DNA of 64,000 nt, taken from NCBI RefSeq assembly GCF_006345805.1, contig NC_043005.1, positions 107,942,001-108,006,000 of the forward strand. The letters are read 5' to 3'. Of the stretch, positions 11,402 through 25,210 are shown piece after piece. Numbering within the stretch: position 1 is the first letter of the stretch; each line of letters opens with the position of its first letter. The notes below the pieces were generated by a model, which searched no databases, was not told where the DNA came from, and was given only the letters and a program-made list of their open reading frames with translations. The position numbers and the translations under genes are program-made. Origin of the DNA: Octopus sinensis. Its lineage: Eukaryota.

Positions 11402-13048
11402 TAGATATGTGTATGAATGTATATATATGTGTGTGTCTGTATGTATGTGTATATACATAACATTCATATATGGTTATGTATATATATATGTATATCTTTT
11501 ATGTTATATTATATTGTGTGTGTGTTTGTATAAAGTATGTGTAAAATATTGCTGTGTCACATTGTTTATAAATCTCATTGTGATAGACAGAAAGATAATT
11601 CATATATAAGTGGAACTACAAAAACGAAAAAAAATCCGTTTATTTAATAGCAATTAATATGTCAGTCACATGAGACAAATTGACAGCTACACTGATTTAA
11701 AATCTCAAATATTCTTTGCGCTATAGTATGTGCACATAGCAACAATATATATGTATATATGCATACTTTCACGTGTATGTATATATCTATATATAAATGT
11801 ATACGTGGGTATACATTTATATGTATATTTGTGAGTATACATAATTGTACACATATTGCATGAGCGTGCAAATACATACATGCATACACACATGGACACA
11901 TAGTGAAACAACTTGAGACATGTATCATAAAATATATCATATATGTTAGGACATAAACCTATCTGATAACTTGATGTGCAAATACTCAGGTACATAGACC
12001 CATACAGAAACTTCATACTCTGAGTATATCAAACGAAATCAAATTGTAACTGTGCTAAATTTATACACATTCGTACACTTATGAGATAAAGTATAGAGTT
12101 GGAATTTTTATGTAATTCATATTTATTCATTTTGGGCAATTGTAAACAATTAGGATTTAATCCAAACGCAGAATAATATATTATTAATCTTTAAAAATAT
12201 GACATGATTGTATTCTTAAAGCCATTTCTAGAAAAGAGCTCAGTAAATATATAAACTGTTGTCAATTTTTGCAGATTAACTGAACTGGATACAATTTAGT
12301 GCATATATCTTAAAATACATAAACATTATACATTCCAGGACACATTGTTTTCCATTTTGGCAATTCTGTGTATATATTTGTGTGCGTAAAGACACCACAT
12401 GAACTTCACCACCTCATTACCAATAGAAACAAATTTCATTTGTTTTAAATATAAATATAAACTGGGGGAATAAATGATGTAGAGGATCTGGTGTAAGTAA
12501 TAAGTAGCAATTTCTGCCAAATTTAAGTTTATTTTCTATGGACGTAGATAAACTATAGCAAAGTGCATCAACAAATTTATAAAGTGTTTTTGATTTAATA
12601 ACCTCATTGGTATGCAAGTTAGCTATACTATTACTCAGTGCAGTCTGCTCTACAACACTATATTTAAGGAATGAAATTGGATACAAAATCTTCTATGAAT
12701 TCAAGACTTGAATTGTTTAAAAGAGAGTAGACTAATAAACTATAAAATGGAATCAAAGACATAATCTAGGATAAATTTACTATTGCTTATATTAAATCTA
12801 CAGTTCGGTGAGTCAACTACTGTACTTTATTTGTTTGACTTGTAGTTTCAGGACTAGCTACACTTCTTCTCCAATGAAACCATACCAAATTAAGATGTGT
12901 TAAGGCTTTGCTGATATTGTCATAAAGGGCAGAATAATTTTATGGATAGAATATGTTTTCGATTTTGTTCCTTTGATAAGCATCTTTGCTTGATTTAAAG
13001 ATAAAAATTATAAATTGTGACCTTTTAAGATAGAAATGATGACAAGTG

Positions 13049-13500
13049 CATCATCATCATCATCATCATCGTTTAACGTCCGATTTCCATGCTAGCATAG
13101 GTTGGACGATTTTGACTGAGGGTTGGCGAATCAGATGGCTGCACCAGGCTCCAATCTTGATCTGTCAGAGTTTCTACAGCTAGATGCCCTTCCTAAAGCC
13201 AACCACTCCAAGAGTGTAGTGGCGCTTTTTACGTGCCACCGGCACGGGGGCCAGTCGGGTGGTACTGGCAACGACCTCGCTTGAATCATTTTACACATGC
13301 CACCGGCACAGGTGCCAGTAAGGTGACGCTGGTAATGATCACACACGATCATGCTCGGATGGTGTTCTTGGCACCCTACTAGCATGGGCACAAGTGCCAG
13401 TAAGGCAACACTGGTAACGATCACACTCGAATGGTGCCTTTTATGTGCCACTGGCATGGAAGCCGGTTAGCAACTCTGTCAACGATCATACTCGTATGGT
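13049..13500 (-). mobile_element. RTE LINE 3' UTR fragment with (GAT)n tail
   Basis: CATCATCGTTTAACGTCC...CATGCTAGCAT motif plus internal GTGCCAGTAAGG repeats; same tail follows the RTE ORF remnant at 38298-38516. Confidence 0.85.
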
Positions 13501-13819
13501 ACATAATAAGGAATATAATTTTCAAAGTTGTCCTAAAACTGTACATCCAATATTATTTAAATAGACTTTATTCTTTCTCTTAAAAATAATATTCCAGACA
13601 AAATACAATTTCAGAAGAAATTATGTTTTAAATTACCCAACCATTACCATAATGATGTTGTAGAGGGAACAAAATTCAGAGCAGAAGGCTCTATAATTAA
13701 TGAAGAATAATCTTGATTCATATGTATATAATATATTTTTGTCTTAATATTCTATATATGGCTGAAGTGGGAAGACAAAAAGTAGCTTGAAAGTCATAAC
13801 ATTCCGGCAGAAAATAACA

Positions 13820-14230
13820 TCACTAGGTGAGACAAGCTGACACTGATTTAGCTTTGCTGATTGACAGATGGCGGTATCATTTAGAGAATGAATGGGTTGA
13901 GACTAGGCGCCTTCATTGGTCAGTTTAAAGTTGAAACAGTGTCACGTGACAACTTGCTGAGGCTGCCTGCTGGAGCCTAGCAGCAGGTATTTAAAGGAAA
14001 AAAATTTGACAAAACAGTCAGCTGCCTGCTGACACTCGTTGATGCTACACCAAAGCGGCCAAGGAACTGAAGAAAGAAGACAGGCACCCAACACTAGAGC
14101 TGAAGACACCTCCGAAAGGATGGGGCACACCACGTGAAAACGGTAGAGGGGAAGGAGCTGAAACTGGACGTGGTTCCTCCTGATGATATCTTGAGCTAAC
14201 TGGATCCTATAAAGGAGCTGAGCTGTTGCG
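13820..14230. mobile_element. Unclassified GC-richer element remnant, possibly LTR or Penelope-like
   Basis: ATTGG, palindromic GTCACGTGAC, TATTTAAA and CTGAAGA...GAAA motifs in the order typical of a terminal repeat; no coding remnant recognised. Confidence 0.25.
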
Positions 14231-15102
14231 GTAGCATAGTTGAAATTCCTCAGATACTCAACAGCACATCAACCTATTCATGGTTACTATTCTCTAGTAG
14301 TTTTGGATGACTTTTGTAGCATGTTGGATGAGATGTGGTAATCAACCTGTCATTCAATTTTCATCCCTTTCTGAGAGGAAAATGTCATTATGTGTGATCC
14401 TCCGTGACTCTCTCACAATGCAGCATAGTAGAAAGAAGTGAAAGAAGGGAAAAGAGATTAAAATCAACTCTAATACTTGACTAGTAATGCATCTAATGGC
14501 CCTAGAAGGATGAAAGGCTAACTCATCTCATCTGAACTTCAACTCAGAATTCAAAGAGCTGCAACAGTAACCATAATGCATTTGTCTATTGCTCAAAGGA
14601 TTTTGCTAACCAATCACATATTAAATACTATGTGTGATAAAATTAGATTTACTGAAATTGCCCTTGCAATTAGTAGCTATAATTTCTCTCCCTAGTGGAG
14701 TCCAGGGTCTAAAGACTAGATTCACTTCCTCAAAACATTTTTCAGTACTTTTAAAAATTTTAATTAATTGATTTTATCAGAGTTATATCACTTGTGCATG
14801 GCTTTTAAATTTTAAACACCCCTGAGCGGAAGATTTTCTCTACTACTTGCAGACTTTCAATAAAACAGATTCTAATTGATTCACCAAGATGAACCTACTT
14901 TCAGTTCTAGCAGTACTATATCAAAGAAGACTAGAATTATTTGGGGCTAAAAAAACAAATTGCTGAAGAGATTGATTATACTTAAACATTTTACTTGAAA
15001 ATCTCAGTTAAGTTTCATTTGGAATGTAATTTTAAAATATTTTCACAGACCTAACAATTTTGTAAAAAGCCAATAATTATTTCTAATTTTACTGGTCATC
15101 AG

Positions 15103-15192
15103 CTGAGAAGAGATTCATCTTTTTCGGGAGGATATATGAAAACCACCTACCATCAATATATGAATGCCATAGTCTGCTAACAATGTATTTAG
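15103..15192 (+). CDS. Candidate 90-nt symmetric exon (EKRFIFFGRIYENHLPSIYECHSLLTMYL)
   Basis: CTAAT branch-like motif, acceptor catcAG, strong donor AG|GTAAGT, one open frame; no homology recognised. Confidence 0.2.
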
Positions 15193-15209
15193 GTAAGTAT
15201 TTTCTTAAT

Positions 15210-15660
15210 CACCCTGGTATCCAAGCTCATCAATTTGCTATTTAATCCATGAATCTGATATCCCCTTATTTTGTTATACAATGCATTAGTCTACACCTGT
15301 TTCATCAATCTTCTATCAATTAATTACATTTTGTCAATTACTTCAATGTGGTATGTATACCCTCAAACTGCTAACTTTGCCTTCTGATGGGTACCATTCT
15401 TATCATACTCCTATCTATTCTATTGATTAAGTATTCCATCAATCTGATATTTATGCCATCAGTCAGCTATCTATTCAATCAATCTGCTATCTACTCCCTC
15501 AATCTGGTACTGATTCCATCATTCCCATGTCTCTTGCATCAATCATCTGTTTATACTATCAATCTACTATCTACTCCATCAATCTGCTTTTGGTTTCATT
15601 ATTCTCTAACACACCATCGTTCTGTTATATATTCCATCTCTAAACTACTGATTGAACTGA
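15210..15660. repeat. Cryptic degenerate minisatellite (CCATCAATCT-like units)
   Basis: Recurrent ATCAATCT / CTATCTACTCC motifs. Confidence 0.5.
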
Positions 15661-16672
15661 GTCATAGAGAAGTCAAAGTACTCACACATATAATCATTGG
15701 ATAATCAGTAATTGAATTTGAATTTATGACCTAACACATGGTCATTTATGTCCAATATTTTAGCCACTCAACCAGTACTCCTCTCAAAGTCACAATTATT
15801 ATTCAAAAGAAACTATTGTTTCTCTTTTATTTATTTGTATTTTCATTTTTGTTATTATCATTATTATTCGTTACAGTATCATATTTATTTTTCTTTCTGT
15901 TTACAAGAAACTTTTTTTTTATTTTTTATTATTCTTATTACTGATACTTGTGTGTATGTGTGTGTGTGCGTGTGTGAATTCGTTGTCATTGTTGTTACTT
16001 TGGTACTGTGATTTTCACTTATGTTTAGGTTTTTGGTGAAGAACACACACATAGCAGGGAGGACTGATTTTCTCGGTATTTTATGTTTGCCGTCCATAAT
16101 TATACAGTCTGGGTTATTTTATTTTATTTTATTGTATTTATTTATTTATACATTTTTTTTTGTAAAGAAAAGAAAAAATAAACTAGCATAAATATCAACA
16201 TGTTTTATAATTCAAGATTGAGGTTACAACTGAAAGATAAAAAAAAATAGAGCAAAATATAAAAAATATAAAAAAAACATGAAAAAATTGTTTGACCACA
16301 AAAAAAAATGATTCTTTCATCTTGAAAGTTGGTGTCTTTGATGGAAAACTCAAGCTTTTATAATTCTATAGCAACACCCCTTGAATGAATAATATTTTAT
16401 TTCACTTTCAAAGGTGTACTTAACATAGACATACATACCCCCCGCACACACATACACACATGCATATATATAAACATATGCAAGTGTGTAGACATAATTG
16501 TGTGGTATTTTCTCTTCCACATGCTTTTATATACAATACAAATATACATTTTCCCTGCTTGTTGAGTATACATACACATAAACATACACACTAATGAATG
16601 AGTAAATATATTTCTGAATACTTATATATGTGTGTGAGTATGTAAGTATGCATGTTTGTATGTGTGTGTATA

Positions 16673-16762
<90 letters not shown>

Positions 16763-16764
16763 TA

Positions 16765-16800
<36 letters not shown>

Positions 16801-17419
16801 TGTATGTATGTATGTATATATGTATGTATGTATGTGTGAATATATGTGTATACTTATACATACATTTTACATATATATATATATATAGATAGATAGATAG
16901 ATATAGATATATATACATATATAAATACATAATTTATATGCATGTATATAAACATTTATATGTATATCTATAAAAAATGCAAGGGAATAGATGTGTGTAC
17001 ACGATATGGTGATATATTGATATATACACACATACAATTAAGTGTATATACGTGTCTTTGTCATAATGTCAGTGTATTGTATGTACGTCTGTGTGTGTAT
17101 GAGGTTTGAAAGCATTATCACTCCTGTTTAAACTTGGTCACAAATATATTCCTAGTTATTGGAGATGTTAACTATTTCTCTATAGTAGCTCCACTTCAGA
17201 CTACAGTTAATGTGTTGTACCAAAGTTTGACTTAATTTATTCAAATATTGGCATGATAAAATATAAGATAGATGGAATGAAACATTGGATGTGACAGAAA
17301 AAAAAGAGAGTAAAAAATGATATGTATAACTTTCCTAAATATGTGACTTCTTTGTACCATTACATTTCCAAATAACTGACAAATTAAGGTAATATATTCC
17401 ACATATATTCTCAGGTATA

Positions 17420-17640
17420 TACAAGGATGTGCTGAAAAGTTCTTAGCTTTGGGTAAAAGAAGATACAGGAGGATCAGTTGATTATGATTTTATTCAACAT
17501 ATTCCTCGCTCACATTCACACACTTATTGCAGCAGTCCTTCAGTTTTTCTAAACCCTGTAAAAGAATTTGAAAGGTTGGGCCTCCAAACAGGCCTTTTGT
17601 GATACCCTTAAAGCCAGGAACTGCTCAACACTCCCTCATA
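17420..17640. mobile_element. Mariner-type MITE (~220 bp)
   Basis: TA-flanked imperfect TIRs CAAGGATGTGCTGAAAAGTTCTTAGCTTT / AAAGCCAGGAACTGCTCAACACTCCCTCA. Confidence 0.75.
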
Positions 17641-17884
17641 TATTCAGCTGAGATATTTAAGGCATGAATTCTTGGAATATATTCAGGGCATATATATATA
17701 TATATATATATACAGTTCAATTTGAAAACTCCACTAGAATGAATGAAAGTGTTAATATATGATATATGATGTATAAAACCATGTAATATACAAATAAATA
17801 TCTGTAAATATAAAACCATCCGAATTTCTGAGTATCTTATTTCTTCTAATATAAAATACCTGTACATCATCTCCAAATCTTCTA

Positions 17885-17919
<35 letters not shown>

Positions 17920-18770
17920 CGAGGGACGTTCAATAAGTATTGCTCCTAACACTCCTACTCATCTACCACCTTTGATTATTACTTTTCCTTTCTCAATACC
18001 AAAGCAGGAAATGCAAAGTAGATCTTGGTTGGATTTGAAATCAGCATGGAGAGATTTGGACCAAATGCCATGAAGTAGTCAGTCCAAAGCTCCAATAAAC
18101 TCTGCTAATTCAACTCTGAATCATTAATAACATACTTTCCATATTTTTTAAGTTTTCAGACATTCTTGTAAAATGTTTTAGCTTGTTATGCATTTCAGAA
18201 CAATCAGAACTCACTCAAGCATGCTCTGACTACTGAAATAAGAAAGGAAAGGAAACACTTTGTAGTGTAGTCTTGGATAAACCATTTCTTGCATAAAAGA
18301 CTGGATGGTCACAACTGGAATGCATTTGGTCTGCTTAATCTGGGTCAACTTAAACTACACTCAGTACAAAGTTTCTATATGGTTACTCAACTCGTTATAT
18401 AAACACCAGTCAAATCTTTATGAAATCACACTTTTTTGTCTATTGTAATCTGAGATGCACTATGTTTGATGGGATGGTCATGGATGGAATGCTTTTCATC
18501 AATGGCTTATCCAATCACAGCTGATCTGGAGGTAAACTACAAAAGCAAAAAGTGAAAATTAGTTATTATGTGTGTAAACAAGAAAACCTCATGAACAGTC
18601 ACTTGGAAGGCTAGAAATAGCACTCAGTTACTTCTCAATCATTGCATACAGCATTGTTTCTCTACTAGGGCTCCTTAGAACAGCAAAGTTTCACAAGATG
18701 TCATTAGTTCCAAGTCATCAAGCTCTGAGTTCAAATTCTGTCAAACCAAGTCAAGTTTGCTTCTCATTCT

Positions 18771-18997
18771 TTAACCTCTGGTATTCAAACTGACCATATT
18801 TGGCCCAAATATCCTGCATGTTTTATATTCAAACTACCCAGATCTGGTTTCTGTCACTTACTCTACAATGTCATTCTAAAAATATACAATCACATCATCT
18901 AAATCTCAAAGCTAAGAGATAAGGCATAATTAATTCAAAACTATGTGAAAAAATAAGCATTACATTTAGCAGAATAACTTGAATACTAAAGGGTTAA
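18771..18997. mobile_element. piggyBac-like MITE
   Basis: TTAA at both ends with TIR-like CCTCTGGTATTCA / TGAATACTAAAGGG. Confidence 0.65.
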
Positions 18998-19079
18998 AGA
19001 CTGATAAAACAATGTGCCAGTGAAGAAAAAGTTTTAATTGATAACATTCACTTAATCACTCCTGAAAATTGCAGGCTTC

Positions 19080-19305
19080 TGTTTGAAACAATTTGTGCTC
19101 ACAAATACTGCCCACATCCTTAGAAAACTTTATCCATTTAAACGTCTGTGTTGTATTATATGAAGATATATTGCTACTGCCCCTGCCAATTACCCACTTC
19201 CCACAAGCTTTCAGTCATACTATAACATCTCTTATCCTTCACTCACCCCTGGACACTGGGTGTATCTCAGCAAGTAATTGGAACAAAACATGCAGATTAA
19301 AAGTA

Positions 19306-19351
<46 letters not shown>

Positions 19352-19375
19352 TAATAATAATAATAATAATAATAA
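19080..19375 (+). mobile_element. 3' end of an R4/Dong-like LINE plus (TAA)n tract
   Basis: Encodes TAHILRK, the C-terminal motif shared with 19384-19710, followed by a UTR and (AAT)n. Confidence 0.5.
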
Positions 19376-19383
19376 TTGTTATT

Positions 19384-19776
19384 ACTCATCAGCCGGATAT
19401 TGTCATATTGAATAAGAGAGACAATACTGTCAGATCATTGATGTAGCCATACCAAATGACATGAATGTTGTGAGTAAAGAGGTAGAAAAAAATCACCAAG
19501 TACTCCGAATTGAAAGTGGAAATGGCAAACTGTATGGAATGCAAGAGGGTAATGTAAAAGTGATACCAGTGGTGATTGGGACGTTGGGCTCATTTCCATT
19601 GAAACTTCAAGACTTCTTAGGGTAACTGGAAATCCCATACAAGATTGATGTCTTGCAAAAAGCAGCCTTATTGGGTACAGCGCACATCTTAAGGAAAGTA
19701 TTATCTGTCTGAGGACCTTGTGACTTGACAGATTACTAAGGACTCCAGTGCATTTTTACCTACACTGTGTTACGAA

Positions 19777-19816
<40 letters not shown>
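19384..19816 (+). mobile_element. 5'-truncated R4/Dong-like non-LTR retrotransposon (restriction-like endonuclease domain, decayed)
   Basis: Frameshifted HQPDIVILNK..IIDVAIPND..VIPVVIGTLG..LQKAALLGTAHILRKVL*, the PD..D/EK REL signature; flanked by (TAA)n on both sides. Confidence 0.8.
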
Positions 19817-19818
<2 letters not shown>

Positions 19819-20489
19819 GCTACAACAAAAACAACGATAATGGTTTCTGATTTAGGGCAATAGACCGATAGTTTTGAGGAAAGTTGCCTGGTCAATAGTA
19901 TACTGACCACAGTACTTGAGTGGAATTCTAATTTCATCTCAAAGACAAAAAGCAATATTGCCTTCGGTAGGGTTTGAACTCCTAGAGCAAAGAGTCAGAA
20001 GAAACTTTATTTCTGATACACTAACAATTCTGTTAATCCAAATAAATACTAATGATAACTAAAACAATGATAATAATGATAAGAATTTTGCAAATCAGGA
20101 AAAAAAATGTAGCAAGTCTTGAAATTCCCCATTAGATTAATTAATACAGTTTTTTTCGTTAATTCATTTTGCCTTATTTATATTTATGGTGAAAGGGTGT
20201 TCAAATATTAATTAGTAATTAAAAAAAACATTTCCAATCATATATATATATACATACACATTATATATGTGTGTGTATATATATATATATGTATATATGT
20301 GTGTGTATGTATATATATATATATATATACATACACACATATATACATGTACATATATATATATGTTTGTATTATATTGTATTAAATTATATTATTTGGG
20401 GGTTGTATTTACACTACCTTTTGTTGCTTTTATTATTATCGTTATCATTATTATCATTATCATTATCATCATTATTATTATTATTTTTA

Positions 20490-20534
<45 letters not shown>

Positions 20535-21017
20535 ATGTCATTATTGTTGTTGTTTTTTTTTTGTAGCCTTCTCCACCATCATAATGGTATTAAACTGATT
20601 TTATTAAACAAAGCAGTAAAATATTTCCTTCCAGTCAGCTGCTAACAAAAATAATTATATGAGAAAAAAAAATACAAATAAAAAAATTGAGAAATTTTAT
20701 GAAAAAAGCATAAACAACAACAAAAATAGAAAATAAACAATATTTATAAACTAAAGATGGTGATGATAATGATAATGATAATTCACTATTGTCTTGATAT
20801 TTGTTATTGCTCTGAAATAATGATGATGATGATGATGATGTTGAGGGTGTACAATAACAATAATGATAACAACAACAACAATTATAGTAATGATGATGAT
20901 ATTTACAACAAAGGCAAAAGAAAGTGAGACAGAGACATTATCAGTATATACATTTCTCTCACTAGTTATGTGTGCGTACACATACATTCAAGTATGCATT
21001 TTTGTATACATACATAC

Positions 21018-21132
<115 letters not shown>

Positions 21133-21320
21133 TGTATGTATATGTGTATATATACTTAAATGTATAGATAAAGAAATATACACACATACATACGCACAAT
21201 CAAACATAAAAAGAGAGATTTGGAAGCAGTTACATTATATACATACTCATATGTGTGTATATCTATATATATAATATATATATACATATATATATATATA
21301 TACATATACCTACATATTTG

Positions 21321-21359
<39 letters not shown>

Positions 21360-21726
21360 TCATAGAAATATATATGTACACATAACTTTTTCTTTTATAT
21401 GTGTTTTCAAACTCTAAGAAAAAATTTGTTCCAGTTTTCAGAGAAATTTCATTTTTTTTTTCTTTTGATTTTTTTTTTCATATACAGTAGCTTGAGAGGA
21501 CTGATTAGCTTAATTTAATGAATAAAATTCAGCAATTCCCCCTGAAAACCAATAAAACAAAACCATTAAATAAGTAAATATGTAAATGTATAAAAAATAT
21601 ATATATGGAGAAAAAAACTAATGAAATTAAGGAAGAAAAACTAAAGTTGAGGGCAAAAATATTTTCATACATAAATATTCTTACATATATATTTAAACAA
21701 ATATAGTTATACATAGACATATACAT

Positions 21727-21818
21727 TCACACACACACATGCACACACACACACATGCACACACACACACATGCACACACACACACATGCACACACACAC
21801 ACATGCACACACACACAC
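21727..21818. repeat. 12-bp periodic (CACACACACATG)n repeat
   Basis: Directly visible. Confidence 0.85.
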
Positions 21819-22982
21819 AATTTTGTGTGTGTGTATGCAATTTTTCGAGATTTATGTGGCACTGATATAATTCTATGTGCTTATATTAACACTAAGAATA
21901 TCCACCAATTTATTATAACGAATAAGCAGAAACACAAATATATGTTGTTAAGTGTAAATATATCTATGTATGTGTGTATAGATATACATACATTTAAATA
22001 TAGGTAAACACACACACATAAGAGTGTGTGTGTGTGTGTGTGTGTATGTGTTTATATATTTATGAATGTATAAATTATAATTAATACTTGTTAATTAAAT
22101 AAATTTGGTTGAAAGTAAAAGTGAATATTTCACCCCGCATTTTAGCAAGCTAATTTCATATTAGGGCTAATTCATGAAAACATATATGTATATGTATGTG
22201 TGTATATATGTGTGTGTGTGTGTGTTTGTGTGTATGGGTGTGTGTATATAATGCTTTTCATTTTCATTAATTTTTTCTCAATACACTTATTAATTTTTCA
22301 TTTAACATTTTTGTTAATTTAATAATAGTAATAATGATAATAATATGATCAATACTATACATATATATTTGAAAACAATATGAAAGCTGTTCAAAGGGAA
22401 ACGCATCTCCATCTCCCAACTTTCCTCTGAAATGTGAAAGTACAATAAATTATAACAATTAAAAAACAACACATATATTTTTTTTATCATTTTTATTTTG
22501 CAATATACTTGCAAAGTAAATTATCATTAATATTATGATAATTACTATTATTATCATTATTGTTATAATCATAATTTTATTATCATCGTTATTGCTTTTC
22601 TTTTGCTATCTTTTTGATTCATCATTCTGTTTCATAATTATATTTAATAAAGAACTTTTTTACCATAAGGGTAAGACTTGAATTTCTCTTGGGCCTCTTC
22701 ATTCTTTCCTTTTGTTTTTCATTTTATATTACTGTTTTAAGCTTTTTGTTCTATTATCCAAGAGCTAGCAAAATAGTTATTGAAGGGTAGTTTTATTAAA
22801 TGCAATTTTTTGTTCAAATACAAAAAGCCACATATGCATTGCTCTGACACAGTCATACACTCTTATTGCACACATACACCAGCAAATACACACACATATA
22901 TCATCATAATCATGATCACGATCATCATTATACAGCAGTATGATCTATCAACATTTTCCATGCCTCTTTCTCTTTCTCTTTG

Positions 22983-23020
<38 letters not shown>

Positions 23021-23429
23021 TACATACATACATACATATATACACAAACAAAAAGAACTCTTTTACTTTTGGATCATATATATATATATATATATGAGTG
23101 AAAGTATACGTACGCTGCTCTATGTATATATAAATTTAAAAAATGGAACAAAAGCACAACAGACAACAATAAAACACCTGGACAAATAGACGATACAAAG
23201 ATGGACAGGAAAAAATAAGGAGTCATTTGCAGCTTTCTCTCCTCAGTCAAGTTTCCAGATTATCCTTACAGTTTCAGTGGAAGTAGCTTTTCTTTTCAGG
23301 ATGTTTCATTGACAACTTGATTATGTTCTAGATTAAACATTCTCATCAAGTTTCCAAACTCATCTTTATCAGTGTTTTCAGGCAATCACATCCTCATTTT
23401 CTGCAAGTGGAGTCGTTTTCATTTCTGTC

Positions 23430-24361
23430 CAATCACTATTATCTAAGCCATAATTGACAACGATGCCTGCAAGTCAATCAGGTCTATCTCCAGGGACATG
23501 GGAGTGTCTGAATTTTTTTGTCAGGCAGGTAGTGATTGAAGACATTTGGTATACCTCATACAAGATGAGAAAGGGCCAATTTTTTTCTCAAGCCTTCAAG
23601 GACTAGAAGAAAGTCCATGCTACAAAGCTTTTGAACGAACTCTAGCATCCCCTCCAACCGATCATGCTTTGTTTTTTCTCAGATGAGAAAACTTTCTGTC
23701 AGAATCAGGTGATGAACACATCTGGCTTGTCATGTTCCCAAAACATGTACCAAAAGTGATAAAAATCAAACATACAGTCAACCTCATGGTGCTTAGTGCG
23801 ACTGCTAATGATGGTGACATTATGTCTCCCTTCATCTTCCCACGGGATCTCATACTTAACATGGAGGCCTACATCAAGTGCTTGGAGAAGAGTAGTGCTG
23901 TCCTGGGTCAAGATGATGCCATCTGGAAGATCCTATATCTGGCAACAGGCACACAAGCAGAAGAACACAATCATGACTGTCAGACAATTTCTGCGACCAC
24001 CTCACTCCTAACATCTGGCTACCTAACTTCCCAGAATGCAATCCCTTGATTATTATGTGTGGGGTGCAGTTGAGTGAGAGACCAACAAAACTCCTTGTAA
24101 TACCAAAGATGAACTGAAGGCAATGATTATGACAGCATTTACCAACTTAAACAAGGAGACTATCCAGAAAAGTTACAGGAGATTCCGAAATCGTCTGGAG
24201 GCTGTGATTGAAACCAATGGCAATTTTATTGAAAAAATTTACTCATTAGTATTTCAAGATATTTTTATGTAATTTTGGTAAATATATCTGTTAAAATGAG
24301 ATATCAGTGTTATTTTCATTTTTGCATTATTCAGACAATAATTTATTCCCCACAGCCTGTA
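23430..24361 (+). mobile_element. Decayed Tc1/mariner superfamily transposon, maT/DD37D-like transposase pseudogene
   Basis: Fragmentary frames give SISRDMGVSE, FFSDEK(T)F, VNLMVLSATANDGDIMSPFIFP, IWPPNFPECNPLDYYVWG and RLEAVIETNG; 3' TIR-like TTATTCCCCACAGCCTGTA. Many stops and frameshifts; the second catalytic D region is deleted. Confidence 0.85.
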
Positions 24362-24589
24362 GATTTAAAATAAATGTGAAAACTAATTTCTGTGTGTCAG
24401 TGTGTCACACTTCGACCCCACTCTCCCACTATTACTCATGTTGGAGTGAGAGTAATAGTAGGCATAGAGACAATAGCAGATTGACAGTTGTGATGGTAAT
24501 GGGGTGAAAGTAATAGTATGTGCTGTAGTTGTGATAGACATGGAGGCAATGGTGATGATGAGATACTTAATTGTACCATATACATTATT

Positions 24590-24948
24590 TACATTATACA
24601 TTATTTACATTATTTACATTTGACGGATATTTGTCCTCATCTTGTTTGTTGTTAACACATCTTTTTGCTTTCATCAGGTGTCTTGGGGAAATTTTGAACC
24701 TGGGTTCTCATTCCTAAGGTATTTTTCGATGTTGTTGTTATTATTATTATTATACAGGTCACTGCCTGGAATTGAACTCGGAATATTGGGCATATAGTTT
24801 CATGGTTAAGAGCGTGGGCTGCTAACCCCAAGATTCCAAGTTGGATTCCAGGCAGTGACCTGAATAATAAAATTAAAAATAATAATAATAATAATAATAA
24901 TAGCAACAACAACAACAACAGCAACATCGAAAAGTACCTTAGAAATGA
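24590..24948. mobile_element. Head-to-head pair of a tRNA-headed retroposon forming an inverted repeat
   Basis: Arms 24708-24790 and 24827-24948 are reverse complements (CCAGGCAGTGACCTG, CATCGAAAA). The plus copy has a tRNA-like head; the minus copy retains CCTGATGAA at 24670-24678. Confidence 0.7.
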
Positions 24949-25054
24949 TTTGTCCACTCATTTATATATACACAGTACATGTATCACTATACATAAATGT
25001 AATTGTAATAAGTATGTTATATGTAAATATATCAGAATAACATTTAGAATAACA

Positions 25055-25210
25055 CTTAGCGGTTCGGCAAAAGAGACCGATAGAATAAGTACTGGGCTTA
25101 CAAAGAATAAGTCCCGGGGTCGATTTGCTCGACTAAAGGCGGTGCTCCAGCATGGCCGCAGTCAAATGACTGAAACAAGTAAAAGAGTAAAAGAGTAAAG
25201 AGTAAAAAGA
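25055..25210 (+). mobile_element. SINE family A, 3' half
   Basis: CTTAGCGGTTCGGCAAAAGAGACCG...GAAACAAGTAAAAGAG. Confidence 0.85.
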
